64,000 nt of DNA from Chlorokybus atmophyticus (lineage: Eukaryota; Plantae; Mesostigma and Chlorokybus algae). A program made the position numbers and the translations under genes. The notes beneath the pieces were generated by a model that did no database searches, had not been told where the DNA came from, and saw nothing but the letters and a program-made list of their open reading frames with translations. Of the stretch, positions 59,058-64,000 are shown piece by piece. Each line of letters opens with the position of its first letter. Positions within the stretch are counted from its first letter, which is position 1. Where the stretch lies: contig RHPI01003642.1 of the NCBI GenBank assembly GCA_009103225.1, forward strand, positions 393,116 to 457,115, in the 5' to 3' direction.

Positions 59058-62000
59058 ATGGGCGGGAGCGGCGACGCGCCGTCACGCATGGAGCTCGACT
59101 TGAACAAGCTCCCGGACGAGCATGTGGAGGAAGCCTGGAAGGACGATGGCAGCGCAGCTGCAACCACAAGTCAGCAGCCCTGCCCCCTCAGCTCCACGAA
59201 TGACGAGCAGGAGCAGCAGGTAGGGAAACTAGGGGTCTGGCTATAGCTCAGCAACGTCTACACAGAAAATTTTGTTGCAATGTGTGATGTTGCTCTTTCT
59301 AGAACATCCCCACCGGTTGATGGTGTTGCACCTTGTCCTAGCTCCAATGTACATATCCACTTACAATGGTCAATGAACTGTGACAACAAGTACATGCATG
59401 TTGTGGTTTGACTTGTTCAAGTTCGTGATGTCCTCGCTGGCATTTACTGCTCCGTCAGAATGGAACACCCCACCGGTGCGCGGCAATGCACACGATATGA
59501 GTAGTACTCATTTTGTATTGAGGAAGCATCCCATGCTAAGCTGCCCGCAGGTTGCGCAAGCATGCCAGCAGTGGGAGCAAACTGTGAAGGGAGGAAAGGC
59601 GACATTTACTGATCTGCGTGACGCTTGTGACTGGGCTATCGACACTCTGCAGCGTGTTGGTGGGGAAGCTTTGCCCACATCAGCGGAGCTATGCTCCGAC
59701 AACTTGGCGGCGTATGTTACTGCTTCAGCTGTCGCAATACAACACTTGGCGTGTAGAAAGCTACTGATCCGCAGCGTGCGGATGACATTGGACTTGATCG
59801 TGTTCTGCATAGACAGCCAAGCGCACGCCACAAACAACAATTCACATGAAGGCGAGCCTCACGCGTTGCATGCATTCAGAGTGCGCTATGTGCAGATGGT
59901 AAAGTTGTTGTTTGCAGAGAAAAGCGAGAGTCCAACTCACAGCAAAAAGCAGCGCTTAGAAGTTGGTCCAATCAAGGCAGCAGATCAGGAGCCCTCTCAC
60001 CCGCTTGTAGAACACGTGCTCGCAAAGCTGCTGCACGCTGACAATGCGCAATTGGACTGGGTGCTTGGGCACCTTAGCGTCTTCCACCCCATGTTGTTCG
60101 TTCCATACTTCATCTACGCATCCAGCACGACATTGACCAGAGAACTTCTTCTGCGCACCGCTTCTAGCCTAGAGTACACTGCCAGAAGGTACTCAAAGAG
60201 CATCTGACATGTAAAGCAATGGCATACTGCCACATGCACCACAGCTTCATAAACGGTTTGAGCATTATCTTATGTGAGATGCACATTTGCATGCACAACC
60301 GCATGCTGCATACATGTTGTAGTTGTCCGCAGGAGACAGGGTTGGCCATGTTAGAGTTCGCTGCGCGTTGTGCAGCCATTGCTTGCTTGCCAGCTGGCAA
60401 TGTTGAGGATACAGCAACAGCCAATCAGCTGCCATCAGCTGCGGACATCATGGCTCGCAGAGTGTGTGCTTTGGCAGCGCTGTGTGCTGTGTCACCAACA
60501 GCAGTTGCATGCGCTTGTCGGCCAGTTGTTGATTACCTCTCTGGCCTAAGCATTCGGGACTGGACCAATCTGGCATCGCGTATGCTGCGTATAGACTTTC
60601 CTTGCACATCGTCCAATTCTGTAAGGGAAGCAACTTGCAAGCAACGCTGTATACAGCAGGCTTTTTGTGCATGCTGTCTCATCCTGCAGTGGCCTTCTAG
60701 GTGGAGGAGGAAGGCTGCGTCAAGTTGTTTGAAAGACTTGTTGACAGCTGCTTGCAACAGCTTGGTGCATGTGCGGGGCAGTTGGTTCTGCTTCTTGTTC
60801 ACCTTGCTACGCACACGGGTAACGCTGAAACCTTGAACTGCTAGGTAGCCATGTTTGCTAGGCAGTTCAATCTGAACTACTTTGCATTATGACAGACGAA
60901 CTTGAAGCCAGCACAGTCTCAGTGCTGCAGACTGGATCCGCTTCGCTACTTCAGAAGCTTCTTTGTGCTACGGATGCTTGCCTCTCTGAACATCTATCAG
61001 GTGTCAGGTGCCTGCTGATTTACACAGCGTTGTGGACGCTTGCATGCACCTGTGCTGTGCCCTGGCAGTTCCCAACATTCTCTTTTCAGGTGCTGAGACC
61101 TGTAACCATCCTGCCCATGGTTTTCTGGCTGGCATCGGTGCCAGCGTGAAACTTTTGTGGGCAAAGCTGGTTTCTTTGCGAACAGCGGGCCAAATCTTGT
61201 TACAGTTCATGGAAAGGGCCATTCTTTGTGGTAACCCCCAGCCTGCTATTGACCTTCTGGAGGTGGTGACTTGGGAGCAGAGCGCAAACAGCACATCAGA
61301 TGTGCTAGACTTCAGGCTCGCTGTGGTCAACCATGTGTCGTCAATTATTAGCAACGCCATACCTGAAGCGCGCATAGTCGTCATTGATGCTTGGCTTACA
61401 CAAGTGGTTGGGGGCTTGTCAATAGAACCAGACGACAGGGTACGGTGACTTCTGTATTGTCCTATAACATGCAAGTCATCTCCTGCAGCTTGCGTGGTGA
61501 AGTTGATGTTGATAGTTGCTCTGTGCACCCCTTTACAGGCGCTGCAGGCTTTGAACTTCATTAAGCAATTAGCTGCACAGACTTTTTCATCACCAAAGAA
61601 AGCGGCCTTTGACGAGTCTATGCCTTTCACCGACTTTGCAGAACTCATCAAGCAGCGTTTAACAGCGATACTCTGGCTTCCACTGCTACAGCTGCTGCGC
61701 AGGAACAGCTGGCAACTGCGCATTGCTACATTGCAGGTACGTACGAGATGGCATACAGGACCTGTTCATGTGCAAGCAACCTGATATATGAATGCAGATT
61801 TAAATACAATCTTGACTTCTGTAGTGTTCATTATTGGGGCGCATGTTGTTGGCAGCTTTCATCTTTGCGATGTGTGTCTGGCAGTTGCTTTGCACACTAC
61901 CGGTCCCTTCCTCCAATGGTTTGGTGCAGCTGGGGAATGCGGTGCAAGCAGTGCTTGCGTGGTTCCTCACCCTTCTGGAGCCCGCGTCCACCTACTCTGA

Positions 62001-63636
62001 AGACGATGCAGTATTTGTGCATGCGTGTGCACGCACCACAAAGCGCCTGCTGGCCACCTTGTGTCATCAGCAGATCGACATGGTTGCCATTGTACGTGTT
62101 GTTGCTTATCATATTTCTCCCTGCAACAGGTTGCACTCTTGAGCGTTTTGTGCGGTTCAATCGATGCATCTCCCATCACCATGTCCTGTAGGTGGTGGAC
62201 CTTCTGCTGGACTACTCATTTATTTGTCAATGGAGTGGTGCACTCTCAAAGGATGCAAGTGCGAACCGTAAACCAAGCACGCGCTACAGTTTGGCTGCTT
62301 TTGCGCTCGACTGTTATGGCCGTCTGGTAGCTCCCGAGGAGCTGCATGCAGCGAGCCTGGCCAACCCCGCTGTGTCATTGCTGCAGCAGAACAGACGGCG
62401 ATTTGCCGGTAAGCTGCGAATAGTGATTGCCGTTATGCCTGTATTGGCAGTGGCAGTCTTTGCTGATACCTTCTGAACAGGTAGCATTCAGCAAGATGCA
62501 GTTGTCGGAGAACACAAGCAGAGTGCAAACCTCACGCACAGCAGCATGCTGCCGTGCACAGCACCAGTGGATGAACTTGTGGATGTGGTCAGGTGCTTGT
62601 GCTCTGGCATGACTCAGGAGCCCAAGCCAAACTCGACACTCGCTACAGTCGTAACGCTGATAACGACTCGACTGAGCACACCGCATGAGGTCTCGCCCAC
62701 CGTTGAACAATACGATGAGGTATCTCGAATTGTGGGGTGGCTGCATGCTGCTCACTGAGCTGCCCTGTAAACACTTGAGTGAGCTAAACAGCTCCCTCTT
62801 GCTGGCAGATTCTTCCGAGGCGACCAACCTTTCCACGCCACATGTTCATTGTGGACTGCTTTTCCCGTAACCCGCTCTTGTTTCAACTACTTCAGCTGAT
62901 CGCTCAGCAAAGCCCCGTGGACTTGCGGCGCTGCACAGAGCTTCCACTAACATTGCTCGCTGACACAATCGGTATCTGGCACGACCTGGCACGCACCTAT
63001 GCACACAAGTCTTCCCAGGTCTTAAGCAGTGGTTTTTTCAACAAAGCTGTACAACACGGTTGCATTGTACCATGCAGTGCATCTTTGACACTTGACACCT
63101 GTGCGGCCAGGCCCCGACAGATGCAGGCTTGGTTCAACAGACAGTGCGGGTCTTGAACCTTCTCACCGCCGTGGACTGGCTACCACACCCCATATTGCAT
63201 GCGAGTGAGATTGTTGACAAGCTTCCTGCTGCAGACGTGTGCGCTCTCCTGCAGGTTGGTCAGCTGATACGTTGCATGCACTACCATCCATATGCCTTTG
63301 CTCAAAAGCCTGCTGCAGGCGGTGTGGCACTGCTTACGGGATACTGCATCCATGCGCCGAACAATCACTACAACAGCGTCATATTCTGCCACCACTACCT
63401 CCAGCATGGCCGCCCTTTTTACTCAGAGTCCGGCATCTCTCACCCTGACTGCAGGTGCTACAACTAGCGCACCGTCCTCACTACCTGCCAATGCTCCTGC
63501 GCAAGCGCCGAGCTTTGAGACTTTGAGCATGCAAGCTGCTATCCCTCACTGGGAGCTGCAGCTGCAATCCATTTTGCACCGCAACATCGCCAGCATTGGG
63601 CCACAGTTTGCTGCATTCTACAGAGCTGATGATTGA
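59058..63636 (+). CDS. INTS5: Probable Integrator complex subunit 5 (helical-repeat protein, many exons)
   Basis: Motifs compared with animal INTS5 from memory: [22 protein letters not shown] vs [51 protein letters not shown] vs [25 protein letters not shown]; extreme C-terminus [20 protein letters not shown] vs LHSVLHRNIDRLGLFSGRF. All occur in the expected order. Stop TGA at 63636. Confidence 0.7.
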
Positions 63637-64000
63637 GTTGATAAACATGGTTGTGACTCTACAGTGTGCCCTGCATGCATCTGAACGAGACTTCTTGGTG
63701 TCGGTTTGAGGTTGATTGCAAGAAGCAACGGGCAATGATGCGATGATTGTTGTAGTTGAAGTTGTCTCAATCATAAAGCACAAACCTACCAGGCAGCTGC
63801 AGCAAGTCATCTCTGGACATGGCCAACACAAGCTAAGTATAGTACAAGCAAACTGCACCCGCAAGGCAACACATTGCACCTTCTGCGAGTGTTACCTACA
63901 GCATTGCTCAAATCAATGTTGTTATATACATGGTCCAGTTCAAAGCACCATTGGTGCAATTGCTTGAACAGCAAGCCACCTTAATGGATCTCGTTGTTGA

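Noticed and set aside
1-64000. Non-standard genetic code (TAA/TAG read as Gln, as in some ulvophytes)
   Set aside because: Intact genes end at TAG (TIC110, POLH), TAA (mS37-like, CFAP91, FRA10AC1) and TGA exactly where homologs end. In-frame stops occur only in decayed elements.
1-64000. CRISPR arrays, tRNA or rRNA genes
   Set aside because: No regularly spaced repeat-spacer array, cloverleaf or rRNA signature seen. The gattcgaatc at about 30724 is only a short palindrome without tRNA arms.

Overview
Intron-rich nuclear DNA of a flagellated green-lineage alga. The plastid import gene TIC110, thylakoid and plastid targeting peptides and flagellar CFAP91 support this; an early-diverging streptophyte alga is a guess, not established. 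Splicing exons by eye through GT-AG sites gives 14 host genes: TIC110 (5'-truncated), DNA polymerase eta, a class-B DnaJ with a heat-shock element, UBR7, an MTP12/ZnT5-type Zn-CDF transporter, an unknown TPR-like protein, a PYURF/PREY Trm112-like protein, an mS37/CHCHD1-like CX9C protein, CFAP91 with a multi-IQ tail, BAF60/SMARCD, plastid octanoyltransferase LIP2, a PsaN-like lumenal protein, FRA10AC1 and a probable Integrator subunit INTS5. Mobile DNA comprises a 3053-bp pogo/Tigger transposon (TIRs, TA target duplication, intron-containing disabled transposase) and two related pogo-type MITEs. AT-rich intergenic blocks hold hairpins and decayed repeats or ORFs. I found no CRISPR, tRNA or rRNA, and no unambiguous new multi-gene system. 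Best leads: (i) tight head-to-head gene pairs whose partners match by compartment (mitochondrion, chloroplast, nuclear RNA processing); (ii) an INTS5 homolog in a green alga; (iii) a hairpin retained with compensatory substitutions in two diverged copies of an unknown ~280-bp repeat. Exon boundaries and family assignments come from reading the sequence and remembered consensus motifs; no search was run.
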